A DNA stretch of 64,000 nucleotides from Bryobacterales bacterium (lineage in GTDB: Bacteria; Acidobacteriota; Terriglobia; Bryobacterales; UBA6623): positions 6,224,662 to 6,288,661 of the forward strand of contig CBDFIS010000006.1 of assembly GCA_965248205.1 (NCBI GenBank), read 5' to 3'. Position numbers and translations under genes: made by a program. The notes below the pieces were generated by a model. It was not told the DNA's origin. It saw nothing but the letters and a program-made list of their open reading frames with translations, and ran no database searches. Below are positions 19,682-28,647 of the stretch, in pieces (position 1 is the first letter of the stretch; each line of letters begins with the position of its first letter).

Positions 19682-21031
19682 ATGGCCGACTCTCCAACCA
19701 GACCCGACATCGAGCCGAGCCCTACCACGGAACCAACTCACTCGGAGAGTTCCCAGCCGTCCCCTGAATATCTCGACTTAAAGCATCGCGTCCATCGCCG
19801 GCTGGTGGAGCGTATCAACCTCGAGCGATTGGCTGAAATTGACGCCCCCCGGGTACGGCGCGAGGTTCGAGAAGCCGTGGCGGCGCTGGTCGCCGAGGAG
19901 GATGCCGGCCTTGATGGCGACGTTGCGGAGCAGCTGGTTGAAGAAGTACTGAACGAGGTCTTTGGGTTGGGACCGCTCGAGCCGCTGATGGCTGATCCCA
20001 CCATTTCCGACATCTTGGTGACAACCCCGAAACTGGTGCACGTCGAGCGTGACGGCAAGCTCGTCAAAACCTCCGTCCGTTTCAAGGATAACGCTCACTT
20101 GCAGCGAATCATTCAGAAAATCGTCTCCTACACCGGACGGCGCATCGATGAATCTTCGCCCATGGTCGATGCCCGCCTGCCCGATGGCTCGCGGGTCAAT
20201 GCAGTCATCCCGCCAGTTGCCGTTGAAGGTCCCCTTCTGTCGATCCGTCGCTTCTCCAAGGACACCTTGCATCCGATCGACTTGATCCGTACCGGGACGC
20301 TAAGCGCCGAGATGCTCGAGCTACTGGCCGCGTGTGTGCGTTCACGCCTCAACATCCTCATCGTTGGGGGCACGGGAACCGGGAAAACGACGCTGCTGAA
20401 CGTGCTTTCCGAATACGTCGGGCAAGATGAACGGATCGTCACGATCGAAGACACCGCGGAACTGCGTCTTCGCCAAGAGCATGTAGCGGCGATGGAAACT
20501 CGCCCGGCGAATATCGAGGGAGAAGGGGCGATCAAACAGCGGCATCTGCTGATCAACAGTCTGCGCATGAGGCCGGACCGAATCATTGTCGGCGAGGTGC
20601 GAGGCGACGAAGTTCTCGACATGCTGCAGGCTATGAACACCGGGCACGACGGGTCGCTGGCCACGATTCACGCCAACAGTTGCGAAGATGCCGTGAGCCG
20701 ACTGGAATTGATGGTCGGGCTGGCTAGCTCCAGCATGTCCACCAACGCCATCCGAAAGCAGATTGCGGCCGGCATTCAAGTTTATGTCCAGATCTCGAGA
20801 CTCAGTGATGGGACGCGCAAAGTCACCCAAATCGCCGAATCCGTTGGTGTCCATGGTGGAGAGGTAGACCTTCAGGAGCTCTTCGTTTTCGAGCACCTTG
20901 GAATTTCCACTCAGGGAAAAGTCGACGGACGTTTCCGGGCCACGGGTATCAAGCCGATGTTTCTGCCACGGCTGCAGCGCGGTGAGGAACCTGTGGCCGA
21001 GGGAATTTTCAGCGCGCTGGTTGAGGCTTGA
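19682..21031 (+). CDS. cpaF: CpaF/TadA-family secretion ATPase
   Basis: 449-aa ORF. Walker A is GGTGTGKTTLLN, with TIEDTAELRL, the Asp/His boxes, and RPDRIIVGEVRG typical of the VirB11/CpaF family. Confidence 0.95.
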   Translation: MADSPTRPDIEPSPTTEPTHSESSQPSPEYLDLKHRVHRRLVERINLERLAEIDAPRVRREVREAVAALVAEEDAGLDGDVAEQLVEEVLNEVFGLGPLEPLMADPTISDILVTTPKLVHVERDGKLVKTSVRFKDNAHLQRIIQKIVSYTGRRIDESSPMVDARLPDGSRVNAVIPPVAVEGPLLSIRRFSKDTLHPIDLIRTGTLSAEMLELLAACVRSRLNILIVGGTGTGKTTLLNVLSEYVGQDERIVTIEDTAELRLRQEHVAAMETRPANIEGEGAIKQRHLLINSLRMRPDRIIVGEVRGDEVLDMLQAMNTGHDGSLATIHANSCEDAVSRLELMVGLASSSMSTNAIRKQIAAGIQVYVQISRLSDGTRKVTQIAESVGVHGGEVDLQELFVFEHLGISTQGKVDGRFRATGIKPMFLPRLQRGEEPVAEGIFSALVEA

Positions 21032-21981
21032 TGGTGCTAGAGCTACCGACGTATTCAATTGTGTTCGTCGGGACGTTTCTCATCGGGGCGGCTGCGGCGG
21101 CGGCGGCCTGGAAGATTCTAGACCGGCAAACCGATCCCCCAGAACCCGCGACTCCGGAGGAGGAGCCTGGCCTCCTTCGTCGCGAGGTGTTGAGCACCCT
21201 GTCGGTCCTCTCCACACTTCTCGCTCGATTCCCCTATGTGGAAAAACTGCGAACTTTGCTCGCCGAAGCGGATATGAGTTGGTCAGTGGGGCGAACTGTT
21301 CTGATGATGCTGGTAGCGGGCGCGGTCACGCTGAATGTCGTCTTACGCCTCGACTTCTTCCCGGTGCTGGGTTCTTGGGTGCTCGCCGCGGTCGGAGCAG
21401 CGACGCCGGTTTTCTATATTCGGCGCCGCCGCCGGAAGAGGTTCCAAGAAATCGAAGAACAGCTTCCGGAAGCTCTCGACTTCGTCTCCCGTTCGACAGT
21501 GGCCGGTCACTCGTTACCCATGTCGCTGGAGCTGTTGTCCGATGAAACTGGCCCGCCATTGTCGTCCGAAATGCGTAAAACGGTTGACGAATACAACCTC
21601 GGCCTGCCGATGTCGGACGCTCTGCTAAACCTCGCAAGGCGTTTGCCAACCGTGGATATCCAGTTTTTCGTTTCGGCGGTGGTCGCCCAGTCGAGAACCG
21701 GCGGCAATCTTCATGAGCTACTCGACAATCTCTCGGAGACGATTCGCGAACGGGGCATGCTCAAGGGCCAAGTCCGATCGATGACCGCTCACGGACGTCT
21801 CACCGCCGTCGTGCTGAGTTTGCTTCCGATGGCGGTCGCTGTCGCCATGATGCTTGTCAATCCGGATTACTTCATGCTGCTGGTGAATCACCCAGTTGGA
21901 AAAACCTTGTTGCTGATGGCGATGTGTGGGCAGTTGCTGGCGTATCTAGTGATCAAAAAGATCGTTGATATCAAAGTGTAG
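21028..21981 (+). CDS. tadB: Type II secretion system F-family protein TadB
   Basis: 317-aa ORF whose start overlaps the cpaF stop (TTGATGG; ATG at 21031). It has a T2SSF domain pattern (LPEALDFVSRSTVAGHSLPMSLELL, AQSRTGGNLHELLDNL) and three hydrophobic segments. Confidence 0.85.
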   Translation: MMVLELPTYSIVFVGTFLIGAAAAAAAWKILDRQTDPPEPATPEEEPGLLRREVLSTLSVLSTLLARFPYVEKLRTLLAEADMSWSVGRTVLMMLVAGAVTLNVVLRLDFFPVLGSWVLAAVGAATPVFYIRRRRRKRFQEIEEQLPEALDFVSRSTVAGHSLPMSLELLSDETGPPLSSEMRKTVDEYNLGLPMSDALLNLARRLPTVDIQFFVSAVVAQSRTGGNLHELLDNLSETIRERGMLKGQVRSMTAHGRLTAVVLSLLPMAVAVAMMLVNPDYFMLLVNHPVGKTLLLMAMCGQLLAYLVIKKIVDIKV

Positions 21982-21986
21982 TGGCC

Positions 21987-22061
21987 ATGCTGATCACCGC
22001 GACAATCACATTTTTCATCCTGATGCTGTCCCTCGTGGCGGTGATCGCCTACCGCATGTGA
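21987..22061 (+). other. 24-codon ORF encoding a single TM helix, in frame with tadC and ended by TGA; probably the severed N-terminus of TadC
   Basis: Own translation from ATG 21987 gives MLITATITFFILMLSLVAVIAYRM, then TGA at 22059..22061. This is the same reading frame as the tadC ORF beginning at 22140, and there is no other stop in between. Confidence 0.6.
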
Positions 22062-22139
22062 GACCGTGAGGGTCTACTGACTCCATCGGGCGAGGCCGCG
22101 GAACCGAACCCACCGTCCGCGGGCGAACCTTCCAGGGGG

Positions 22140-22910
22140 TTGGCCTCCGATCCGCTTGACAGGCTAATCGATATCGGGAAAGCGATGCCGGCTTCCGACC
22201 AGGACCGTAGCGCCACCCGACGAAGCTTGATCTCCGCCGGCTTTCGGGATGAAGCAGCCGTGTCGGTTTTTTACGGCGCGAAGGCGGTCTTATTAGTCTT
22301 GTTTCCCATCGTATGTCTGGTCTTCTTGTTCTCCGTGAACCCTGACATCTTCGCTCTTCTGCCTGCTGTGGCCGGGTCGGTCTATGTCGCCATCCGTATC
22401 CCGGAATGGTATGTGCAGCGTCGCTTGACGAAGCGCAAGCAGCAGGTCAACGGCGGCTTGCCTGACTTTCTTGACCTGCTTGTCATTTCGGTTGAAAGCG
22501 GTTTCTCACTCGAACAGGCTCTGGTGCAGACGGCTCACGACCTCCAGCAGGTTCATCCTGTCTTCCACGATGAGATTTCCATCTTTCAGGGCGAGGTTCA
22601 AGCCGGTGCCACTCGGGCCGACGCCTTGCGCAACCTCGCTCAGCGAACCGGCGAACCTGAGATGCGCCGGCTTACCGCCTTGCTCATTCAGGCTGACCGC
22701 TTCGGAACCAGCATTTCGAAGGTCCTTCGCTCCCAGGCGCGTTACATGCGTATCCGACGCCGCCAGAGGGCCGAGGAGTTGGCCCACAAAGTCGGCGTTA
22801 AACTTGTCTTTCCGATCTTCTTCCTCATCATGCCTTCGATGTTTCTCGTTACGGCCGGACCCGCCGTGATCATGCTGATGGGAGGCATCGGCCGCTCTCT
22901 TTTCGAGTGA
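22140..22910 (+). CDS. tadC: Type II secretion system F-family protein TadC (as called, lacks its first TM helix)
   Basis: 256-aa ORF from TTG 22140. T2SSF domain pattern: LPDFLDLLVISVESGFSLEQAL, IQADRFGTSISKVLRSQA, ELAHKVGVKLVFPIFFLIMPSMF. Confidence 0.8.
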   Translation: MASDPLDRLIDIGKAMPASDQDRSATRRSLISAGFRDEAAVSVFYGAKAVLLVLFPIVCLVFLFSVNPDIFALLPAVAGSVYVAIRIPEWYVQRRLTKRKQQVNGGLPDFLDLLVISVESGFSLEQALVQTAHDLQQVHPVFHDEISIFQGEVQAGATRADALRNLAQRTGEPEMRRLTALLIQADRFGTSISKVLRSQARYMRIRRRQRAEELAHKVGVKLVFPIFFLIMPSMFLVTAGPAVIMLMGGIGRSLFE

Positions 22911-23168
22911 GCGGCGCCACGCTCTCGGTCCAAGGCGTTCCCCCTCTCGACGGGTTTCTCACAGTGCATGCGACGAGCTGGGGCTAGAGAAGACCTGAGC
23001 GCCCCTCCCCGCGATCCCGCCGTCGGGTAGAATCTTGCTATTGGACCGTTTCACAACTACGCCCTCGCCTCGCCGGATTGGACGCGCGGGATGTTGGCCT
23101 CTACGGGTTGTGAGGCGCGCTTCGCATCACGTGAAGGGTCCGGTAGGCATCCAGGAGGAATGTAAAGG

Positions 23169-24710
23169 TTGACGGACCTCGCTGCAACCTTCCGGCAACA
23201 CGAGATCCTCCTGACGGGAGCCAACGGTTTTGTGGGGAAGGTCCTGCTGGGCATGTTGCTGGACCGCTATCCCGAATTGAAGGGCCTGCATGTAGTGATC
23301 CGGCCCCGCAAGAACCTCAGCGCCGAGGCCCGCTTTGAAAAAGAGATCCTCCAGTCGCCGGCACTAAGGACCCTGGTTGAAAAGCGCGGCGTCGATTTCG
23401 TGCATCAGAAAGTCGTCGTGTGGTCGGCTGACCTAAGTCAGGCCGGGTGCGCCATTGAACCCACGTACATCGAGGCGTGGAGGGGAAGAGTTGCGCTGAT
23501 CGTGCACTGCGCGGGGCTGGTCGAGTTTTTCCCTCCTCTGGACGAATCCTTACGGGCCAACGTCGACTCAACCGAGCAGATGTTGGGGCTGGCTCGGCGG
23601 ATCGGCGCCAAACTGCTCCACGTTTCCACCTGCTACGTTGCTGGAAAGACGGAGGGCTTGGTTGAGGAGCCAAAATCGATCCTAGGATTCTACCCCTACC
23701 GCCGGGGGACGGCCGACCGCGGCTTCGACTCCACAGCCGAGTTGAGTTCCTGCCGAGAGCGCATTCGGAGCCTGAAGGAGTCGAACGGCACGAGCGACGA
23801 GGAATCGGACCGCTCCCGCGACGTCACTCGCCAACTCACGGATCTGGGTAGGCAGCGCGCACAGCGCTGGGGGTGGGTAAACACCTACACTTACACGAAA
23901 TCGTTGGCCGAACAAATCGTTGCCGCGCAAGGTGACGTCGAGTACGCCATTGTTCGGCCCGCGATCGTCGAAAGCGCCTTGCGCTTTCCTTTCCCAGGCT
24001 GGGTCGAGGGGGGCCGCACGGCGGCTCCACTTGTTTTAATGGTGTTGGGCGGAATGAAAACCTGGCCCGCCCGTAAGGACATTCCACTCGAGGTCGTCCC
24101 GGTCGACCTCGTCGCAGCTGCCATCTGGACGGTCGGGGCGCTTCTACTGCGTGGTGAAAGCGAGCCGGTCTATCAGCTCGGGTCGGCGGACCGAAATCTC
24201 CTTCTACTGGGACCGTTGATCGAATCGCTGGAAGAGGAATCGCGGCGCCGCTCGAACGGCGCCGGAGCGCTCCGGTGGGTGGAACCGCTTCGCCGCTTGC
24301 AATTCGTGTCGGAGGCCCAAGCTCGACGGCGGCACGCGAATCTTGAGCGTAGAGTCCGCCAAGCTGAGCGATGGATCGGTTTGGCAAAGAACGTGGCGGA
24401 GAAGACCAGCCTGCCGGGAAGGAAGACTCTTACACGATGGGCCTCGTTGCTGCGTACCGTCGGACTTCAGACAGGCTTTCGGGAACAGACGATGGAGCAG
24501 TACCTACCGTTCATCCTGCACCATCGCTACGTTTTCGAGTCGCACAACATCCGGCAGGCCTACGAGACTATTAGCGACCAAGATCGCGCGCGCTTGCCCT
24601 GGGACCCTGAGAGCATTGACTGGAACACCTACTGGCGGCGGAACCAGATCGAAGGAATCAAGAAGTGGGTAGAGCCGGAGGCGGTGCGGCGATGGGCGTT
24701 CAAGATATGA
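23169..24710 (+). CDS. Fatty acyl-CoA/ACP reductase-like SDR (NAD_binding_4, thioester reductase type)
   Basis: 513-aa ORF with a TTG start. Rossmann motif ILLTGANGFVGKVLL, then HCAGLVEF, VSTCYVAG and the YxxxK motif NTYTYTKSLAEQ. The long C-terminal extension is as seen in alcohol-forming fatty acyl reductases. Confidence 0.8.
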   Translation: MTDLAATFRQHEILLTGANGFVGKVLLGMLLDRYPELKGLHVVIRPRKNLSAEARFEKEILQSPALRTLVEKRGVDFVHQKVVVWSADLSQAGCAIEPTYIEAWRGRVALIVHCAGLVEFFPPLDESLRANVDSTEQMLGLARRIGAKLLHVSTCYVAGKTEGLVEEPKSILGFYPYRRGTADRGFDSTAELSSCRERIRSLKESNGTSDEESDRSRDVTRQLTDLGRQRAQRWGWVNTYTYTKSLAEQIVAAQGDVEYAIVRPAIVESALRFPFPGWVEGGRTAAPLVLMVLGGMKTWPARKDIPLEVVPVDLVAAAIWTVGALLLRGESEPVYQLGSADRNLLLLGPLIESLEEESRRRSNGAGALRWVEPLRRLQFVSEAQARRRHANLERRVRQAERWIGLAKNVAEKTSLPGRKTLTRWASLLRTVGLQTGFREQTMEQYLPFILHHRYVFESHNIRQAYETISDQDRARLPWDPESIDWNTYWRRNQIEGIKKWVEPEAVRRWAFKI

Positions 24711-24831
24711 GGTGGCTCATGGCGGTTCAAACCCGGGGCCACGGCGGAGGCTTCGGCGCCCCCCCGCTACGGCCTGACCCTACACCCGCGGCTTACCGAA
24801 TCCTTTGACCGACCAGCTTGACGTTCAAAAT

Positions 24832-27618
24832 ATGGCAACTCCCGACCCAGCTTTGGACAGCAAGGCGTCCCAGGTGCTCGACACCGTCCGAGAATTGCTG
24901 CTCGAGATCGGCTCGGAACAAGCAGCGGCAAACGTATCGCTGAACTCCTCCCTGGATCGAGAGCTCGGTTTGGGCAGCTTGGAGCGGGTGGAACTCCTTG
25001 TCCGGATGGAGAGGCGCTTTCAGTGCCGTGTGGGCGACGACGTCGCCCAATCGGCGGAAACGCCGGCTGATTGGTTAACGGCGATTAACGGAGATCGTGG
25101 CCCAACTCAGCCGGAAGACCGCTACCGAATCGTGCAACCTTCCCAGGAGGCTCCACCCGCCCTTCAGTCGGCCAAGAGCCTTGTCGAAGTTCTCCGGCAG
25201 CACGCAGACCGGGACCCCGGCCGCGTACAGGTCCATCTTCTCGATGGAGACTCTGGCCAGGATATCAGCTACGGCAATCTGCTCGAGGCTTCCTCGGAAG
25301 TGGCAGCCGGTTTGACGGGAGCAGGGCTGCGGCGAAACGAAACCGTCGCGATTATGTTGCCGACTTCGGACGACTTCTTTTACGCTTTCTTCGGGGTAGC
25401 GCTGGCGGGCGGCATTGCCGTTCCTATCTATCCGCCGGCACGACCCGATCAGATCGAAGAGTATGTGCGTCGGCAGGTGAAGATTCTCCGCAATGCAGAG
25501 GTTCGTTTCCTGATTGCATTCGAGCGCGTGAAGGCAGTGTCGCAGGTGATGCGGCTGGGCCTGCCTAGTTTAGAGGAAGCAACCACGGTTGCCACGCTGC
25601 GAGAACGGGGCGCTGGTCGAGCCGCACCCTCGGTCAAGCCTGCCGATATCTTCTTCGTCCAATACACGTCCGGCAGCACGGGCAGCCCGAAGGGAGTAAC
25701 TCTCAGTCATGCCAACGTCCTGGCCAACGTAAAGGCGATCGGCCGGGCGGTGGAGGCCCGGCCCGACGACGCCGTCGTCAGCTGGCTGCCCCTCTACCAC
25801 GACATGGGACTGATCGGCTCCTGGCTGTTCAGCGTGTTTCATGCCTTCCCGATCACCATCTTCTCGCCGCTGGCTTTTCTCTCCCGCCCCGAACGATGGC
25901 TATGGGCGCTGAGTGATTCCGGCGGAACGCTCTGCCCGGCGCCGAACTTCGCCTATGAGCTCTGCGCGCGCAAGATTACCGACGACCTGATCCAGGGTGT
26001 TAATCTAAGCCGCTGGCGGGTTGCCATCAACGGAGCCGAGGCCATCCTGCCGGAAACCTTGGAGCGCTTTGCCGAACGCTTCGCCCCCTACGGCTTTCGA
26101 GCCGAGAGCTACCTGCCTTGCTACGGGCTGGCCGAGTCGTCCGTTGCACTCACCATTCCCCCGATCAACCGGCGGCCCGTGATCGATTCGATCCGCCGCG
26201 ATATCTTCGAGCGCAAAGGGCGGGCCGTCCCAGTGTCTCAGGGTGATGCGAAGGCCATTCGGTTCGTGGCGAACGGTAAGCCGCTGCCGGAGCACGAAGT
26301 TCGGATCGTCGACGATCACCGCCGGCCGCTGGGTGAGCGGGTGCAAGGACGGCTGCTTTTTCGAGGGCCATCGAGAACAGCAGGCTACTTCCGCAACCAA
26401 GAGGCGACGGCGGCCGCCATCGGCGAAGATGGCTGGATGGAGTCCGGAGACCTTGCCTACTGGGCTGACGGCGAGGTCTACATCACCGGGCGCAAGAAGG
26501 ACACGATCATCAAGGCGGGTCATAACATCGTGCCGCAGGAGGTCGAGGCAGCGGCTGCCGAGGTGGCCGGTGTTCGGCGCGGTTGCGTTTCGGCATTCGG
26601 GACGCTCGACCGCGATACCGGGACCGAGAAACTGGTCGTGGTCGCTGAAATACGGGCGGTCGATCAGCACGAAATGGCTCGCATCCGAGCCGATGTTGTC
26701 AAAAACGTGGAAGCGGCGCTGGGACAGCCTCCGGACCACGTCGAGCTTGTCCCTCCGCAGACCGTCCCGAAGACCTCCAGCGGAAAGATTCGGCGGGCAG
26801 ATACTCGAGCACTCTACGAAGGCGGCAAGCTGATAGCACAACAACGTCCGGTTTGGTGGCAGCTGGTTCGCTTGTGGTCGGGACATGTGGGCAGCTGGAC
26901 GAAATTCGTCGGCCGGGAAGCGGAGAGCCGGCTGGACCGCGCATATGACGCCGCCGTCGGTCTCATAGTAGGGAGCGGATTCGGTATGCTGGCCCGATTG
27001 GTTCCCAGTCGGAGCTCGGCTGCAGCCGTGGTCCGAGCCGGTGTGCGGCTTCTTTTCCGGCTGCAAGGGCGTCCCGTCAGTGCTCAACACGACGGTTTGC
27101 CCAAAAACGGCTCGGGAGCCGTCTTGATGGCGAATCGATCCGGGCATCTGGATTCCCTTGTAGTTGTAGCTGCCCTTCCGGGGACCATCTTGATATCGGA
27201 GCCTGCGATTTTGACGACACTCCCGCTGGGCATGACTTTTCTGCTGGAGCCGCTCGTCGCCCCTCCCGTGGACGGCGAGGTCGCGCCGCCCGGGGGCACC
27301 CTGAAGGATCGAGTGCAGCAAGGCCTGGTAGATGGCCACCTGATGCTTGTTTTTGCGGACAATCCTACCGATACAGCGCCGGCGGAAAGCCGGTTTCGGA
27401 TCGAGCCGATTCAGGCAGCTGTCGAGGTCGGATTGCCGCTGAAACCCGTGCTGATCAGCAGTGACCAACAAGCCGTGAACCAGACCAACGGAGTCAGTGG
27501 GCAGAACACGACCTCGGTCACCGTCGGCCAGGAGGTGAACCTGGACAGCGCCTCTCCGAACGAACTCACGAAACTGCGTGATCGAGTTCGGAAAGCTCTT
27601 GGAGAGATCGCCAGGTAA
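24832..27618 (+). CDS. Tri-domain protein: N-terminal acyl carrier domain, fatty acyl-AMP ligase-like adenylation domain, C-terminal divergent PlsC-type acyltransferase-like domain
   Basis: The track ORF starts at 24805; ATG at 24832 is preferred. The carrier motif is ELGLGSLERVELLVRME. AMP-binding motifs are YTSGSTGSPKGV, WLPLYHDMGL, GDLAYWADGEVYITGRKKD and KTSSGKIRR. In the C-terminal ~230 aa, LMANRSGHLDSLVV and MLVFADNPTD occupy the positions of the NHxxxxD and FPEGTR acyltransferase blocks. Confidence 0.85.
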   Translation: MATPDPALDSKASQVLDTVRELLLEIGSEQAAANVSLNSSLDRELGLGSLERVELLVRMERRFQCRVGDDVAQSAETPADWLTAINGDRGPTQPEDRYRIVQPSQEAPPALQSAKSLVEVLRQHADRDPGRVQVHLLDGDSGQDISYGNLLEASSEVAAGLTGAGLRRNETVAIMLPTSDDFFYAFFGVALAGGIAVPIYPPARPDQIEEYVRRQVKILRNAEVRFLIAFERVKAVSQVMRLGLPSLEEATTVATLRERGAGRAAPSVKPADIFFVQYTSGSTGSPKGVTLSHANVLANVKAIGRAVEARPDDAVVSWLPLYHDMGLIGSWLFSVFHAFPITIFSPLAFLSRPERWLWALSDSGGTLCPAPNFAYELCARKITDDLIQGVNLSRWRVAINGAEAILPETLERFAERFAPYGFRAESYLPCYGLAESSVALTIPPINRRPVIDSIRRDIFERKGRAVPVSQGDAKAIRFVANGKPLPEHEVRIVDDHRRPLGERVQGRLLFRGPSRTAGYFRNQEATAAAIGEDGWMESGDLAYWADGEVYITGRKKDTIIKAGHNIVPQEVEAAAAEVAGVRRGCVSAFGTLDRDTGTEKLVVVAEIRAVDQHEMARIRADVVKNVEAALGQPPDHVELVPPQTVPKTSSGKIRRADTRALYEGGKLIAQQRPVWWQLVRLWSGHVGSWTKFVGREAESRLDRAYDAAVGLIVGSGFGMLARLVPSRSSAAAVVRAGVRLLFRLQGRPVSAQHDGLPKNGSGAVLMANRSGHLDSLVVVAALPGTILISEPAILTTLPLGMTFLLEPLVAPPVDGEVAPPGGTLKDRVQQGLVDGHLMLVFADNPTDTAPAESRFRIEPIQAAVEVGLPLKPVLISSDQQAVNQTNGVSGQNTTSVTVGQEVNLDSASPNELTKLRDRVRKALGEIAR

Positions 27619-27650
27619 ACAGAGACGCGGTACCGTGCGACCGAACAGGG

Positions 27651-27669
27651 CCGCACCCAAAGGGTGCGG
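27651..27669 (+). terminator. Possible hairpin terminator downstream of the tri-domain gene
   Basis: CCGCACCC-AAA-GGGTGCGG forms an 8-bp perfect stem about 30 nt after the TAA stop. No U-tract follows, so it is weak as an intrinsic terminator. Confidence 0.3.
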
Positions 27670-28065
27670 TCGAGCCTGCGTGGGACACAGGACCCCAGTG
27701 AGCACGTCGGGTCGCGGGACCAGGTGACGCAAGGCGCTATCCCAGCAACCCAGTTGATTCGCGACCTTGACCACAGGCTTGCGCCCTGCGGCTCCGTTTG
27801 ACCTCGGTCGGGCCCGAAAAGGTTCGGTTTGAGGCAGGAGATGTGTAAACAGAGGTGAAAGAATTCATGGCCGGATTGGATCGTCGACGAGCAAAGCTGA
27901 GCCGCGAGCGCAAGCGAGCGGTCATCGGACCAAGGCCGACCCAAGGGGATGCACGTGGGGTGGGTCTTCGACCGGGCGCCTAGGAACTGTCCATCTGTCG
28001 ATCGCGAATTCATGCAACCAAACACTCGCCATCGAAACCTTCGTAGGCCGAACTAGGACACGCTA

Positions 28066-28647
28066 ATGATCGACCCCTTGGCTCTTAAGGCGATCGCGTG
28101 CTTTGCGATCGGGGCGATCCCCTTCGCGGTTGTCGCCATGTGGGGCACCGGCGTGGATATCCGCAAGGTTGGCTCGGGTAATCCTGGATTCAACAATGTC
28201 TTGCGCGTGAGCAAGCCACGCGCTGTCTTGGCGCTGATAGGCGATGTAGGCAAAGGTTACCTACCGGTCTGGCTATTCCTCGAGGCCGACCCCTTGTTTT
28301 TCGGCTGGCTCTATGGGTTTGCTGCCGTCTTTGGGCATTGTTATTCCCCGTTTCTGAAGTTCCGAGGAGGCAAAGGGGTTGCCACGTCGGCGGGTGTGAT
28401 GCTCGTCTTGTTCCCCAAGTGGGCAGCGTTGTCGATGGTGGCTTTTGTCTTTGTTCGCCTACTCGGAAGCCGGCTGCGATGGCGCGAAGCCGGCATGATC
28501 GCTTCGTTAGTTGCGTGGGGTTTGTTCACACTGCTAATCATTGGGGTCGCGGGGGGCCTGCATGCCCGGAACGCTGCTTTGATGACTCTCTTCCTGGCTT
28601 GGCGCCACAAGCAAAACTTCCGCAACCTCTTTGGGAACCGGAACTAA
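28066..28647 (+). CDS. plsY: Glycerol-3-phosphate acyltransferase PlsY (acyl-phosphate dependent)
   Basis: 193-aa ORF with motifs GSGNPGFNNVLR, DVGKGYLPVWL and FGHCYSPFLKFRGGKGVATSAGV. It is polytopic and hydrophobic. Confidence 0.9.
   Translation: MIDPLALKAIACFAIGAIPFAVVAMWGTGVDIRKVGSGNPGFNNVLRVSKPRAVLALIGDVGKGYLPVWLFLEADPLFFGWLYGFAAVFGHCYSPFLKFRGGKGVATSAGVMLVLFPKWAALSMVAFVFVRLLGSRLRWREAGMIASLVAWGLFTLLIIGVAGGLHARNAALMTLFLAWRHKQNFRNLFGNRN

Noticed and set aside
26005-27774. 589-aa ORF on the minus strand
   Set aside because: It is entirely antisense to the tri-domain adenylation gene, which has unmistakable AMP-binding motifs. The composition is Arg/Pro/Gly-rich and there is no recognisable motif. 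This is the typical shadow ORF of high-GC DNA.
27867-27986. 39-codon ORF (MAGLDRRRAKLSRERKRAVIG...) with an upstream GAGGTG in the 450-nt gap before plsY
   Set aside because: It has no recognisable family. The arginine-rich low-complexity composition is expected by chance in GC-rich DNA, and there is no supporting conservation evidence.
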